Assembly: GCA_965208325.1 (NCBI GenBank)
Contig: OZ242326.1
Span: 1,632,001-1,696,000, forward strand
Direction: 5' to 3'
DNA length: 64,000 nt
DNA from: Candidatus Poribacteria bacterium
Lineage (GTDB): Bacteria; Poribacteria; WGA-4E; PCPOR2b
A model generated the notes under the pieces. That model was not told the DNA's origin. It ran no database searches and saw only the letters and a list, made by a program, of their open reading frames with translations. Position 1 is the first letter of the stretch, and each line of letters begins with the position of its first letter. A program made the translations under genes and the position numbers. Positions 51,001 through 59,650 of this stretch are shown in pieces.

Positions 51001-51015
51001 GTATTTGATGTTCAT
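45094..51015 (-). CDS. Giant secreted/membrane-anchored carbohydrate-binding protein (discoidin-like, two CBM9/DOMON-like domains, 8 Ig-like repeats)
   Basis: N-terminal hydrophobic anchor; S.DG..Y...PVTARYIR...EFEVF (F5/8C-like); two (V/I)DG...W...LW.DD.LYV...(Y)..EARIP...GFN modules; 8 repeats F.AG..L...L.D.DL...F.....T.Y...L.V.G...V...Y.D. Confidence 0.8.
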   Translation of the reverse strand: MNIKYILLGGAAVLLGFLFYPREDAASDKNQRFIEPVRRLENEPLHYTDILRADPIVETFDLGFVYKIDRANIPFEDADESGPKRFDLLVDTVRTKERFERAFSYIGSSREYTSPLHSLSIPAEARWVQVVINDWFSNKPELRSDDFRVGVRYQSHNPLLEIDSNYNSVELNNLIDFLPYETSKWVGAQRIEKTVEEGENIWKEISFKSPSSAVVVTGSLREVQKIYGIRLTTDGPGNNVRRYRVLTSVDGQRYTEHYTSESLPDDTVTDFQLFSSPVTARYIRMRIEHGDWYGDYPEIREFEVFTDDYRPVRPVNRPLSDYNAVQMHHENLGFDDNTFAPHLEQGFAFDRDTEDENRYFLPAGNEADKVNLGNTLGQRSFAYHYDAVKIRYAELHPSFFYWVRVTYLQKNDGQRVQNLTVDGFILHDALEIPRGTAESRTYAIPVNAYADGKIAFSFNRLAGPNAVVSEVVLLEARETMDVSSAQLSNQSDETIGKSIRVSEKVVVDGKVSEWPTLYPMLPQNYKTSADSPISLYSQWDDDNLYVAAIVNQRIRNPLYSPIQDNAARDDSEALHLFVDTALNRSPGMYKDSDHHFVFTLLNTHESQPQVQPSQIHHHLDAIRHNIYDRKEIEANVSKTENGYTLEARIPKALVLNGFDPHVDKSLGFNYVMANIKLTNHPAGWFSYGTSNLNAPPNRWNTVELVDRISGRIAFLGQKPPRPITNFNAGDRLVICIWDADRNTDRHQPESVLAELRNERTKQTLSVTLNEANPTLLLDENPDNDMARNRATFAAIVPTAYHEGEVKIEDAESSVFFVRGEDKVTVKYFDPYYSSTQRTYTVTNSATVNTGSTGTISIIKKSGELLEEISIGDTIYLRVQDADLVKQNNPCASEPRTVEVTLTVPKTEEIETAKLTHQPDSNSFIGTMQTAYSETPNPNNGVLQAIGMQIVRASYVDGIQATGKTNVPVHAETSVKTGVTTRLELGSGRVNSGEAESNVLGNRKFFKAGHPLSIWLKDTDLNQNDQTREFVEVNLSSDLTADQRTLTLKETTENSGEFAELCPTRYAVHADPSNDILEVVGNAVVTLSYVDALQASGATDVVITDMMHVSAGVDGIIEIVKSNYLTNLSSFNAGSKLHFRLRDGDLFDDSVRIVLTGHNLSDREDVQLTPIPAGGDARYAAGGTLFGSIETAYDTEATVGDGKLQVQGTESVQAIYIDALRSTGETDIEVSDDCTAAIGTTGTLKVYNENNFGPDAADNVEIFGFRAGDTLILEMQDADINTATAAAQISESDFAENKIRDTVRVIMDEVTGRPGVFRGEVQTDYGTVSIPEDDILQVQGEGIVTCIYTDALQDTGAAQVPVSVALSVETGNTGDLEIIDAESGKILARTLFAGSFNAGAKLRIQLRDKDLDNSPAQVDAALVTASGNTDEVQLILWETSANSAAFDAFLQTRQAADSPDTNNADANSAADRTDDILHVKDKEVIRVVYTDEITATGETNVSIQAQAVVLSSSAGILRIVNRNAIERAPSQFGARHSVAAHELGNFNAGETIYFWLEDLFLSAVTGEDSIKVAVTGNKTNDKAEVVLKAIPEAEGVFTASIPTRFGTTPVADGTLDVQGDEEIRAVYTSGIPFANAVAVEDRAYVNKGVRGRLMITRRDGTIIRYFNPGSRLYFQLEDGDLNLDAFVVESTTIQVSAGAQAIVLSLVEENANSHIFRGSVSTQYGKTEIDNGLKLVGGETLTATYTDALIDTGETNVGIYASCRANLISRAPYTSRPMLIDGLDDQWPLEKTLRTPQDEGFLWLLWGKDSLYVLAQIYDDAVDAPDPTKYYEDADALELHFDLHPGGGSKPTYLQTGTEPNRFILWICPKGAGFKGDQPYIGQWTPEQVFNYQAKGFDVAVRQESNYYMIEARIPFFPVLRGFDPLKTKRNSRIGFNFVIHRSDDQAVYWASQIPGTEPTFPSNLGLLILESPP

Positions 51016-51102
51016 GAGGAGTAACGCCTCATTTCAGAACCGGCGGCGAGTTGCAGGTTTCAGGGTAGCGTGCAAGCATCTGTCTTGTCGGGGCATGCTC
51101 CA

Positions 51103-51591
51103 CTAATCACTCTCCGCCGCTTTTTCACGGATTGACTTAATCAAATCTGTAGTCGATTTGCCCGGCACCTGCAATCCGAGGACTACCTTTCCACCGTTCG
51201 CTTCGACCACCTGTCTTTCAACGACTTCCTCTATCGCATAGTTTCCACCCTTAACGTGAATGTTCGGTTTGAGTACGGCTAGCAGCGCGATCGGATCCAA
51301 TTCTGAGAAAACCGTAACGTAATCAACGCATTCTAAGCCTGCCACGATTTCAGCGCGTTCATCCGCCGGCTGAATCGGACGATTTCTCCCTTTTAACGCC
51401 CGAACTGACGCATCGCTATTGATCCCGACAACAAGCATATCCCCAAGTTCGCGTGCAAGCTGCAAATAGCGAAGGTGGCCGACGTGCAATACGTCGAAAC
51501 AGCCGTTCGTCGTTACGACGGTTTTACCGCAAACCTTTGCCTGATTAATAGCGCTTGCGAGTTGTTCGCGGGACTGGATTTTCTTAGACAT
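51103..51591 (-). CDS. rfaE2: D-glycero-beta-D-manno-heptose 1-phosphate adenylyltransferase (HldE/RfaE domain II)
   Basis: TNGCFDVLHVGH, NSDASVR.LKG..RPI, VKGG.Y, GKSTT. Confidence 0.93.
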   Translation of the reverse strand: MSKKIQSREQLASAINQAKVCGKTVVTTNGCFDVLHVGHLRYLQLARELGDMLVVGINSDASVRALKGRNRPIQPADERAEIVAGLECVDYVTVFSELDPIALLAVLKPNIHVKGGNYAIEEVVERQVVEANGGKVVLGLQVPGKSTTDLIKSIREKAAESD

Positions 51592-51653
51592 GGCTGTGCC
51601 CTCAACCATTGGATAAACGCAAAATTAAATTATGTGAGGCATTTGGCGCTGAT

Positions 51654-52442
51654 TTAGAATATCTCAAAGGCGTCATTCTTTAACCATCCAGACTTACCAT
51701 CCCACCGTTGGATTTTTGACCACTCCTGTTGACGCTCTTTCACACGAATGACTGCCCCTTCGTACAGTGTAAAATGTGAAGTGGCATCCCCAGACGGCTC
51801 AAATCTGATCGGGGCAACTTCAGAGATAATGACGGCTTTTCGTTGAAATTGCGTATCGTAGAGCTCAAGCGATAGTGAGATTAACGAAAAGAACAGAAGG
51901 CAACCAAGAACCGCAGCGCTATAGGAAAAACTTCTGCGCAGCCGCTTTAGAGGTATACTTAGGGTTAAAACCGCCATCAAACCGAGGTAGAGCAAGAACA
52001 CGGCAATTGTCAACTCATCCGTATTCAGGAGGCGCTTCAGTACGAAAACCTTGTGCGGCAACCCTTCGTTAGATTTCGGCGTTGGATTGCTTTCGTCCAA
52101 TGAAAGTGCATAGTTTAGATTGGACTTTATGTCCGCGTCGCGGGGCAATCGGTGCAACGCCCGCTCATAATTCAGAATTGCCTTCCCACGGTTCCCAATC
52201 TTAAAGTAGGCGTTTGCAAGGTTGTAATATAGATGTCCATCTTTAAACTCCATCGAAACTAACTGTTCATAGGCTTTGATGGCTTCAGTATACCGCTCGT
52301 CCTTGAAATAACCATTCCCTTGGAAAAAGAGCGTGTTTGGTTGGTTCAGCTGCTCCGCTATACTTACATTGAGAACCAAGAGAAAATAGATGATGATGAA
52401 AATAACGCAATTAAATTTTTGAATTTTATGGCAATTGACCAT
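51654..52442 (-). CDS. batE: BatE-like TPR + SH3 protein
   Basis: TPR YYNLANAYFK.G..GKAILNYERA....PRD.D...NL, TM segments, C-terminal L.EG..I.V.....W.KI....G..GW. Confidence 0.85.
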   Translation of the reverse strand: MVNCHKIQKFNCVIFIIIYFLLVLNVSIAEQLNQPNTLFFQGNGYFKDERYTEAIKAYEQLVSMEFKDGHLYYNLANAYFKIGNRGKAILNYERALHRLPRDADIKSNLNYALSLDESNPTPKSNEGLPHKVFVLKRLLNTDELTIAVFLLYLGLMAVLTLSIPLKRLRRSFSYSAAVLGCLLFFSLISLSLELYDTQFQRKAVIISEVAPIRFEPSGDATSHFTLYEGAVIRVKERQQEWSKIQRWDGKSGWLKNDAFEIF

Positions 52443-52535
52443 GGCCAGCGCTTCGACTTAATAATAAACCATTGTGAAACTGGCAATTTTTCCAGTATGT
52501 ACCACGGACAACAACTTACAGTATGGTGGGTACCT

Positions 52536-54362
52536 TTACGTTGAACGCTCTGACAAGAGAGTCATGGCTTCTTCGGTTAACGTCAACAAGCGCTGCATTT
52601 GCTCCTGGCTGATTTCCTCGGAGGCGTATCTGACGCTGTCGCAGGATTCAAAAAGGGCCCGTAGTTTCTCCAGCGCATCTTCCGTGACGCCGTATTTCCG
52701 TAACTCTTCCACAACCTCGCTAGTAATTCCCGCTGCGGGGTACGCGAATAAATCGCCGATGTATTCCTGCATTGATCTGAAAATAACGTCGCAAAACGCG
52801 CCGGTTTGGCCAGCACCCGCGAGTTTTCTTGCAGCATCAAGCCCCTTCTTGGCTTTCCGCGGCGCTTGTCTCCGTCGAGCATAGATGATGTCGCCGGTCA
52901 GCTTGTCTTTGCGTTTCTGGTAGATGAGCACACAGACGAATGCGATGAGCGGCAAGGTTTGCGCAAAGAGGAAAAGACTATTTTGATAGAGATAGGTATT
53001 CCCCCGCTGAACGCCTTTCATCGAATCCTTGATGTACAAGATGTCCCGACCCAATTTCTCTCGCTTAACCGTTTTTTCAGCTCCGGGCAGGTCGACAATC
53101 TTTAACCCCTCTTCACCTGCTATTGCTGTTACGTGTATCGGAATCTCTCCCTTTTTTATGGTATGGTATTTTTCACGTTCGGGGTCAAAATAACTGAATC
53201 GAATCTCTGGTATGGCTTCGATGCTCTCATCTTCTGGAATAAGCACCTGCTCGAAACTTTTTCCGTGTTCGCCAGTCTTGATTTGCGGATCATAGGTTTT
53301 GAATGGATCCAAGCCGTATATCTGCGGCAATGAGACAGTTTCAATGTTGCCTCTGCCTGTGACATGCATTGTCAGCGTAATTGGTTCCCCGACTTTGACC
53401 TCCCTCGGTTTGGCTTCAACTTGAAGGGTGTATTGTCCTACAGCGCCTGAAAAGTCACGCGGTTTACCATCTTGTGGATGGGCTCGCACCGTAATTCTCA
53501 GCGGTTCGGATTTCAAAACAATTGCGCGCTTTTCTGCTCGGCCAAAGAAATCATCGAAGGACGACTGATTGAAAAACATCTCATCGTCAAATAATGAATT
53601 CCGCCTTCGACTTTGTTCTTTTAAAACTAGGCTGTATTTAAGTTGGGCAGGGCCAAGCGTCAATTGTCCTGTTGAGACAGGATAGACGACGGTTTCGAAG
53701 TTGAGGCAGTAAAAACGGACACCATCAATGACTTCCTCTGTGCGGGACGGCTCAGTAAATCCCCTCACGGAAAACGCACTGGCTAAAAGGGTAGGATACT
53801 CAATTTCTCGGACTTCGATTTGGCGATGATAGAGTTTAATGGTGATTGGGAACGCTTCGTTAAGGTAGACTCTCTCTTTTGCAGCAGTCAGCGTGAGATA
53901 GATGTGATCTTTCAACTCATCACCTTGGGGGTCTCCGTTTTTCCGCTCAGCCGCCCCGCGTTTGATTATCTCCACTGTTATCGGCTCGGTCCGGTAATTC
54001 TTCCCCTTATACGTCACCTCAATTGAATTGATTGTATATTTGCCGACCTTCAGCGCCGTCAGCCCGTATCTATGCTTTATTGACGCAGAAATTTGTCCGT
54101 TGACAATTGATATTTGCGAGTTCGGCCCCTGATATCGGGATTGAAATCCTTCCATATCGGGCAATTCCGGCGCGTTTATAGATTGTATGCCATCTACCTC
54201 TACGGTGAGTTGAATTTTACCCCCAACGGGCACAATTTTTCTATCCACCGATGCTGAAACAGCGATCTGTTCGGCGATAGCCGTTGGGTTTTGTAGAAAG
54301 GGTGTTCCAATGAAGAAAACGGTAAGAAACCGTAGCAAATTGTATTTGTAGTTTGTTTTCAT
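52536..54362 (-). CDS. batD: BatD family protein
   Basis: Signal peptide, SIVNGQ, F.GAVG.Y, G.GN, FSYFDP...Y, C-terminal TM then L...CD..RYA. Confidence 0.88.
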   Translation of the reverse strand: MKTNYKYNLLRFLTVFFIGTPFLQNPTAIAEQIAVSASVDRKIVPVGGKIQLTVEVDGIQSINAPELPDMEGFQSRYQGPNSQISIVNGQISASIKHRYGLTALKVGKYTINSIEVTYKGKNYRTEPITVEIIKRGAAERKNGDPQGDELKDHIYLTLTAAKERVYLNEAFPITIKLYHRQIEVREIEYPTLLASAFSVRGFTEPSRTEEVIDGVRFYCLNFETVVYPVSTGQLTLGPAQLKYSLVLKEQSRRRNSLFDDEMFFNQSSFDDFFGRAEKRAIVLKSEPLRITVRAHPQDGKPRDFSGAVGQYTLQVEAKPREVKVGEPITLTMHVTGRGNIETVSLPQIYGLDPFKTYDPQIKTGEHGKSFEQVLIPEDESIEAIPEIRFSYFDPEREKYHTIKKGEIPIHVTAIAGEEGLKIVDLPGAEKTVKREKLGRDILYIKDSMKGVQRGNTYLYQNSLFLFAQTLPLIAFVCVLIYQKRKDKLTGDIIYARRRQAPRKAKKGLDAARKLAGAGQTGAFCDVIFRSMQEYIGDLFAYPAAGITSEVVEELRKYGVTEDALEKLRALFESCDSVRYASEEISQEQMQRLLTLTEEAMTLLSERST

Positions 54363-54428
54363 TGTCTAATCGTCAAAACGTTATTGAGCTAGTTCAAAAA
54401 CTAAACGTGTATCTACGCACACTTCACA

Positions 54429-55235
54429 CTACCAATCTTTGAAATTTTCAGGGTAACTGGTACCTTGTCTGCGGCGTCGGATGAGTTGCTGCTGTTCTTC
54501 ATCTTTCAAAGCATCTAATAGTTTAAACGCCTCCGCTTTTGTCATCTCGCCATTTTCTTCGGAGGATTGCGGGGACGTGTTCTGTTCGCTATCCTTTTGT
54601 TCCGGAATTTCTTGTTGGTTATCTTGTTTTTGTTGTTGCTCCTCCGGCGATTCAGCGTCTTGCGGCTCATCCTGCTGAGAATTTTCCTTTTTCTCGTCTT
54701 GTTTCTCCTCATTCTGCCGATCGGAATCTTGGTTTTGTTTTTGGTTCTGGCGCTGCTGCCTATCCTCAAGTTCTTTTATCTTGCGATGGACAACCTCATA
54801 GTTGAATTTGGCATCCATATTTTTTGAATTCAGGCCGATAGCACGTTTATATGACTCCAATGCCTCTCGGTAAAGTGTGATTGCCCCAGCCGCGTCGGAG
54901 TTTTCCATACGCTCTCCTTGTTTATACTTGCAGTTGCCAATACTGAATTGCCCCTTCTCCTCAAGCGCGGGATAATCGGTCGATAGCGATTTTGTATACG
55001 CTTCCACCGCGCGTTCATAATCGCCCTTTTTGTAAGTGGATGCGCCTACGTTATAATGAACGTCAGGAGATTCCGGTAGTTCAACCAGAACATCGGTATA
55101 ACGATCCATGGCTTCGTCGTACTTACCTTCTTTATACAGACGATTTCCGGCTTTGATCTTGTCCGCATTTGGGTTAATCCAGGCGATACACAGGATTGAA
55201 AATAAAAACACAATGACAATCGTTCTTGCTTTCAT
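54429..55235 (-). CDS. batC: BatC-like TPR protein with Q/E/K-rich linker
   Basis: TPRs, DAKFNYE, low-complexity linker, A..LL..L..EE, terminal KDW. Confidence 0.85.
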   Translation of the reverse strand: MKARTIVIVFLFSILCIAWINPNADKIKAGNRLYKEGKYDEAMDRYTDVLVELPESPDVHYNVGASTYKKGDYERAVEAYTKSLSTDYPALEEKGQFSIGNCKYKQGERMENSDAAGAITLYREALESYKRAIGLNSKNMDAKFNYEVVHRKIKELEDRQQRQNQKQNQDSDRQNEEKQDEKKENSQQDEPQDAESPEEQQQKQDNQQEIPEQKDSEQNTSPQSSEENGEMTKAEAFKLLDALKDEEQQQLIRRRRQGTSYPENFKDW

Positions 55236-55313
55236 AACTAATTCTTGCCTCTTTTCGGAGGCAAAGACATGCCGCATGCTCCAACAGATACAGAAAGGTC
55301 CATGTTTTTGCAC

Positions 55314-56330
55314 TCAAACAAGTTCATTCACTTGCCTCCTCCTATCGCCGATGCACACTTCGGTGACAATCAAAATGAACGCCGCTAATAAAGGTATCTG
55401 AAACCGATCCTCATAGCGTTTCTGCATTTGACTTTCCAACGCTGTCTTGTCCATTTCAGCGATTTTCTCTTCGTAGATTACATCTAACCCAAAGTTTGCG
55501 CCTGCCGCTTTAACGTAGCTGCCGCCGGTCGTCAGCGCAATTTTCTGTAAGGCAACCTCATCGAGTTTTGATTTCACAACCTGCCCACGCCGGTCTTTGA
55601 GGAAAGTTGGGCTTCCGCCTTTGTCGGTAATGGCAATTAGTTCACCTGTTTTTGTACCGATGCCGACACAGTAGATTCTGATATTCGCGTCCGCGGCTTC
55701 TTTGGCGGCTACTACTGCATCACCTTCATGTGATTCGCCATCGGTGATGATAATTAAGGCTTTGTCATTGTCCCCGCTCGTACCAAACGCCTCCATCGCT
55801 TTTTCAATCGCGTCAGCGATGTTCGTGCCGCCGCGCGGAATGACAGCGGTGTTGATACGGTTTAACGTCAGTGCGCATGCGCCGTAATCAAACGTGAGCG
55901 GGCACTGCACAAACGCCGTGCCGGCGAAGGCAATTAACCCGACTCTGTCGCCTTTCAACAGATTGAGCAGGTCTTTTACCGCCAATTTTGCCCTTTCCAA
56001 CCGGTTGGGCTTAACATCCGCTGTCAGCATACTTCTTGAGGTGTCAATTGCAACCATAATGTCAACCCCGCGCCGTTTGACCTCCTGCCAACGGAATCCC
56101 CATTTCGGGCCAATTAACGCTAAGACTAAAAAGAATATGGCTAGAACCGTGAGTAACGCTTTGACCTTCTGCTTAGAAACGCTGACAGACGAAGTCAAAA
56201 TCGGAATCAGATGGGCTTCAGCGAACGCTTCAAGCGTCCGCCGCTTACGGCGAAACACCCAGGCGTAAAACAGCATTATAGCCGGAATTAACCAGAATAG
56301 ATGTATGTATTGCAGGTTGCCGAACTTCAT
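55314..56330 (-). CDS. batB: BatB-like VWA domain protein
   Basis: P.WG, IDTSRSM..DV.PNRL.RAK, FAG.AF..CPLT.D, ITDGESH, V.SKLDE..L..IA. Confidence 0.9.
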   Translation of the reverse strand: MKFGNLQYIHLFWLIPAIMLFYAWVFRRKRRTLEAFAEAHLIPILTSSVSVSKQKVKALLTVLAIFFLVLALIGPKWGFRWQEVKRRGVDIMVAIDTSRSMLTADVKPNRLERAKLAVKDLLNLLKGDRVGLIAFAGTAFVQCPLTFDYGACALTLNRINTAVIPRGGTNIADAIEKAMEAFGTSGDNDKALIIITDGESHEGDAVVAAKEAADANIRIYCVGIGTKTGELIAITDKGGSPTFLKDRRGQVVKSKLDEVALQKIALTTGGSYVKAAGANFGLDVIYEEKIAEMDKTALESQMQKRYEDRFQIPLLAAFILIVTEVCIGDRRRQVNELV

Positions 56331-56404
56331 AGCCGATCGGATTGAAAATCGTTTCCGCGCCAAGCAGGTTCAGGAAATGTGACCATTCAATCCACGTTGT
56401 CTTT

Positions 56405-57400
56405 CTAGGGTAATCTCCTCAATCGTGTATTTGCCAGTCCAATCTCGGTTAGGAAACAGAGCAACGCCGGCATTAGAAAGAACGGGTAAAATTCTTTGTA
56501 TTCGAGATATTGGGGCGTTTCAAACTCAGTTTTCTCCATCTTATCAATTTCATCGTATACCTGAAGCAGGTTGGCGGTATCCGTGGCGCGGAAATATCTA
56601 CCGCCCGTCTCTTGAGCAATTCGGGTCAACGATTCATCGTCTATTTCTATCTTTACCGGCTGATAGGTCTCGTTGCCGAATAGTCCGCGAGTCGGGAAAG
56701 GCGCCATTCCCTTTGTGCCTGCACCAATTGTATAGATTTTGACCCCAAGGGTTTTCGCAAGATTCGCGGCGGTTTCAGGGGAGATTCGTCCCGCGTTGCT
56801 GCGTCCGTCGGTTAATAGGACAATCACTTTGCTGTCCGCGGAGGATTCACGCAGCCGGTTCGTTCCTGTGGCAATTGCCGTACCAATAGCTGTACCTTCC
56901 TCAAGCATCCCAATTTGTGCCCTGTCGAGGTTCTTAATCAGCCAACCGTAGTCGAGTGTTAATGGACACAGCGTGTACGGGCGTCCGGCGAAAACCACAA
57001 TTCCAATCCTATCGTTACTCCGACCCACGATAAATTCTTTGACAACTTCCTTGACGACATGGAGGCGGTTGTATCTTTGTCCCGAAATCTGAAAATCCTG
57101 CGCCCGCATGCTCGTAGATACGTCAATAACAAGCACGATGTCAATTCCCTCTCCCGTTAATTTGCTCTCCTCAACCCCTTTCTGTGGACGGGCGAGTCCG
57201 AACGCAATCAGCAAAATGGCGATGCATCTCAGAAACAGCAGTCCTTCACGTCCCCTATTCGTCCAACTCGGCTGAATTGCCTGAATACTCCCGATTGACG
57301 AGAACCTCAAGCTCCCGCGCCGCGCTCCCTTAAAATGGAAATAAATTAACAACGGGATTGCCGTGAGAGTCAGAAAGGCGAACGGTTCTTCAAAAGTCAT
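56405..57400 (-). CDS. batA: BatA-like VWA domain protein
   Basis: LARPQ, IDVSTSM.A.DF, DRIG.V.F, PLT.D, GTAIG.AI, LLTDG.SN.G, L..IA..TGG.YFRA. Confidence 0.92.
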   Translation of the reverse strand: MTFEEPFAFLTLTAIPLLIYFHFKGARRGSLRFSSIGSIQAIQPSWTNRGREGLLFLRCIAILLIAFGLARPQKGVEESKLTGEGIDIVLVIDVSTSMRAQDFQISGQRYNRLHVVKEVVKEFIVGRSNDRIGIVVFAGRPYTLCPLTLDYGWLIKNLDRAQIGMLEEGTAIGTAIATGTNRLRESSADSKVIVLLTDGRSNAGRISPETAANLAKTLGVKIYTIGAGTKGMAPFPTRGLFGNETYQPVKIEIDDESLTRIAQETGGRYFRATDTANLLQVYDEIDKMEKTEFETPQYLEYKEFYPFFLMPALLCFLTEIGLANTRLRRLP

Positions 57401-57496
57401 CGATTACCATAAACATAGCGGTCAGGCGAGTTGAATTTGCGCGCGACAGTTCATTGTTTGGCGGCGTTAGCGGCTCAACCCGACCTACAATACTTC

Positions 57497-58471
57497 CTAA
57501 AGCGCAGTTTCAACAGGAGCGCTTTCACGGACAAACTGCGTAGCAGATTCATACGCGGATTTCATCTCCGCCACATCGGGCCCGTATCGAGCGAACTTTA
57601 CAAGATCGCAGCGTGCGAGAAAGCGGCTCAACAATTTTTTATGTTCATCTTTCAGACCACTGTCCTTTGCTGCCGCAGCCAAAAATTCCTCGGTCGTCAT
57701 TTCCGGCGCTCGCAACCCAAAACGGTTTTCCAGATATTTTCGAACCGTATTTGACAGCATGACATAGTATTCTTCGATGCGTCCCGCCTCAATAAGCCGC
57801 AAAGCCATGAGTGATTCCAGTTGTTCGTAAGCAATAACGTGCGGAGGTTTTTTGACGGTTTCTTCTTGAAGTGTTTTTCGCCTTCTCAACCACAGAAACG
57901 CCGCGGCACCGCCTACGATAACCAACATCCCCGCGACAATGCCGATAAGGAGCGGTGTATTGTTCACAGGAAGTTCCACGGGACCGGGAATGTCTTTTAT
58001 GTCTTGCGGTTCTTCGTCATCCGGCAGTACGCTCTTGACTTCAACGGTTACCGCCTCCGCCTCAATTTCAAATTTTCCCCCTGCCGCGTCCGTATAGAAC
58101 ACAACCGGTGCGGGAATAGTGTGGCTTCCGGTCGTAAAAGAATCTAACGTATAACGCCGCTGATATACCACCCGTCCTTCGCGCTTCCGAGGTTCGGCTT
58201 CGGCAACGTCTACAATGTCGAAACTGCCTATATTTTCACTAAACTGCGGAATTTTCACCGTGAACTCCGGATCAGCATCAACGGTGATGGTGTAAACGAA
58301 CTTATCACCGATATACACCGTAGCGCGACTAACCTGGGTCATGACGGATATCGGTTCTCCGTTGTGCTCTTGCGCTAAAACAGGCGCTCTAGGTGACAAT
58401 ATGTATAGTAAGAGCGCGATGGTCAAAACTATTTCAATTTGACGACAAAGTGGGTTACCATCTCGAGACAT
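57497..58471 (-). CDS. Bat-cluster membrane protein (Ig-like N-terminus, TM, helical C-terminus)
   Basis: DIKDI.GP, TM + RRRK, A...L..L, YY..LS..VR.YLE.RFG..APEMTTEEFL, D.VKFA; lies between DUF58 and batA; start uncertain. Confidence 0.8.
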   Translation of the reverse strand: MSRDGNPLCRQIEIVLTIALLLYILSPRAPVLAQEHNGEPISVMTQVSRATVYIGDKFVYTITVDADPEFTVKIPQFSENIGSFDIVDVAEAEPRKREGRVVYQRRYTLDSFTTGSHTIPAPVVFYTDAAGGKFEIEAEAVTVEVKSVLPDDEEPQDIKDIPGPVELPVNNTPLLIGIVAGMLVIVGGAAAFLWLRRRKTLQEETVKKPPHVIAYEQLESLMALRLIEAGRIEEYYVMLSNTVRKYLENRFGLRAPEMTTEEFLAAAAKDSGLKDEHKKLLSRFLARCDLVKFARYGPDVAEMKSAYESATQFVRESAPVETAL

Positions 58472-58718
58472 TGCGGATTTCTGTTGTATTTTGTATTTTT
58501 TGGCGACGTATCCGTTCGTTGTCCTGTTCAATAGGTGTTTGACCGCGGTGCTATAATTTGTCGTTGTCGAGGGCGTGTGGGCACGCTACTGCCGCCGATT
58601 CCACAACCGCCTGCCTTAATGTAACGGCAGGTCTCGTGCCTGCCCAAAATTCGCCGAACTCGGATCCCTTCAATTTGTCATAAGTCGACAGAACCTAGTA
58701 CGGTTCGCTGATTCTCGC

Positions 58719-59594
58719 TCAATGCCGGCGCTCGCGCATACGAAAGAATTTCAAAAGCGGTTCAATATAAGGTTTATCCGTAAAGACATTTATCGTATCG
58801 ACATTTGCCGAACGCAGCATGCGCGATTTCTGTTGCGCTTTCTCTGACGCTAGGCGCTGGAACGCTTCTCGAACGCGCCGAACCTTTGTGTCAATTTGGA
58901 TTTTCTCACCCGTTTCCGCATCTTCTAGCTCAAGGATTCCTACGTTGGGCAATTCCAACTCTCTTGGGTCCGTGATTGTGAGCGCGATGACGTCGTGCCG
59001 CCTGTTTGCAATTTGTAAAGGCCGTTCGTAGTCCGCCGCCAAAAAGTCGGAGATGAGAAATGCGACCGTCCGGCGAATAGTAACGCGATTCAGGTATTCC
59101 AGTGCGGCGGCGATGTCCGTGCCTCGTCCGTCGGGTTCAAATGAAAGCGCCTCGCTGATGACGCGCAACACGTGGCGCCGCCCTTTTTGAGGCGGCACAT
59201 ACTTTTCGATTCTGTCTGTGAAAATGATTAACCCGACTTTATCGTTGTTCTTGATGGCGGAGAACGCTAAAACGGCGCAGAGTTCGGCGGAAAGTTCACC
59301 CTTGCGTTGCTTAACCGATCCGAATGTTGTCGATGCGCTCGCATCTAGGAGAAGCATCACGGTCAATTCACGTTCCTCGACGTACTTTTTAAGGAACGGG
59401 CGGCCCATCCGAGCGGTTACGTTCCAATCAATCGAGCGTATCTCGTCGCCCGGCTGGTACTCGCGCACCTCTTCAAACTCCATACCCTGCCCTTTAAATA
59501 CGCTTTCATATTGGCCGCCTAGGACATCGTTCACCATATGACTGGTGCGAATATCAATACGCCGAATTTTTTTGAGTACATCGTCAGGTATCAT
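58719..59594 (-). CDS. DUF58 domain protein (MoxR/Bat-associated)
   Basis: FKGQGMEFEEVREYQPGD.IR.IDWNVTAR, EERE, D.S.S..FGS, ISDF. Confidence 0.93.
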   Translation of the reverse strand: MIPDDVLKKIRRIDIRTSHMVNDVLGGQYESVFKGQGMEFEEVREYQPGDEIRSIDWNVTARMGRPFLKKYVEERELTVMLLLDASASTTFGSVKQRKGELSAELCAVLAFSAIKNNDKVGLIIFTDRIEKYVPPQKGRRHVLRVISEALSFEPDGRGTDIAAALEYLNRVTIRRTVAFLISDFLAADYERPLQIANRRHDVIALTITDPRELELPNVGILELEDAETGEKIQIDTKVRRVREAFQRLASEKAQQKSRMLRSANVDTINVFTDKPYIEPLLKFFRMRERRH

Positions 59595-59650
59595 GTTGAT
59601 TTTGTAACGCAGGAATTTCTGAAATCTACCGCCAATCTTACCTTTCCACC

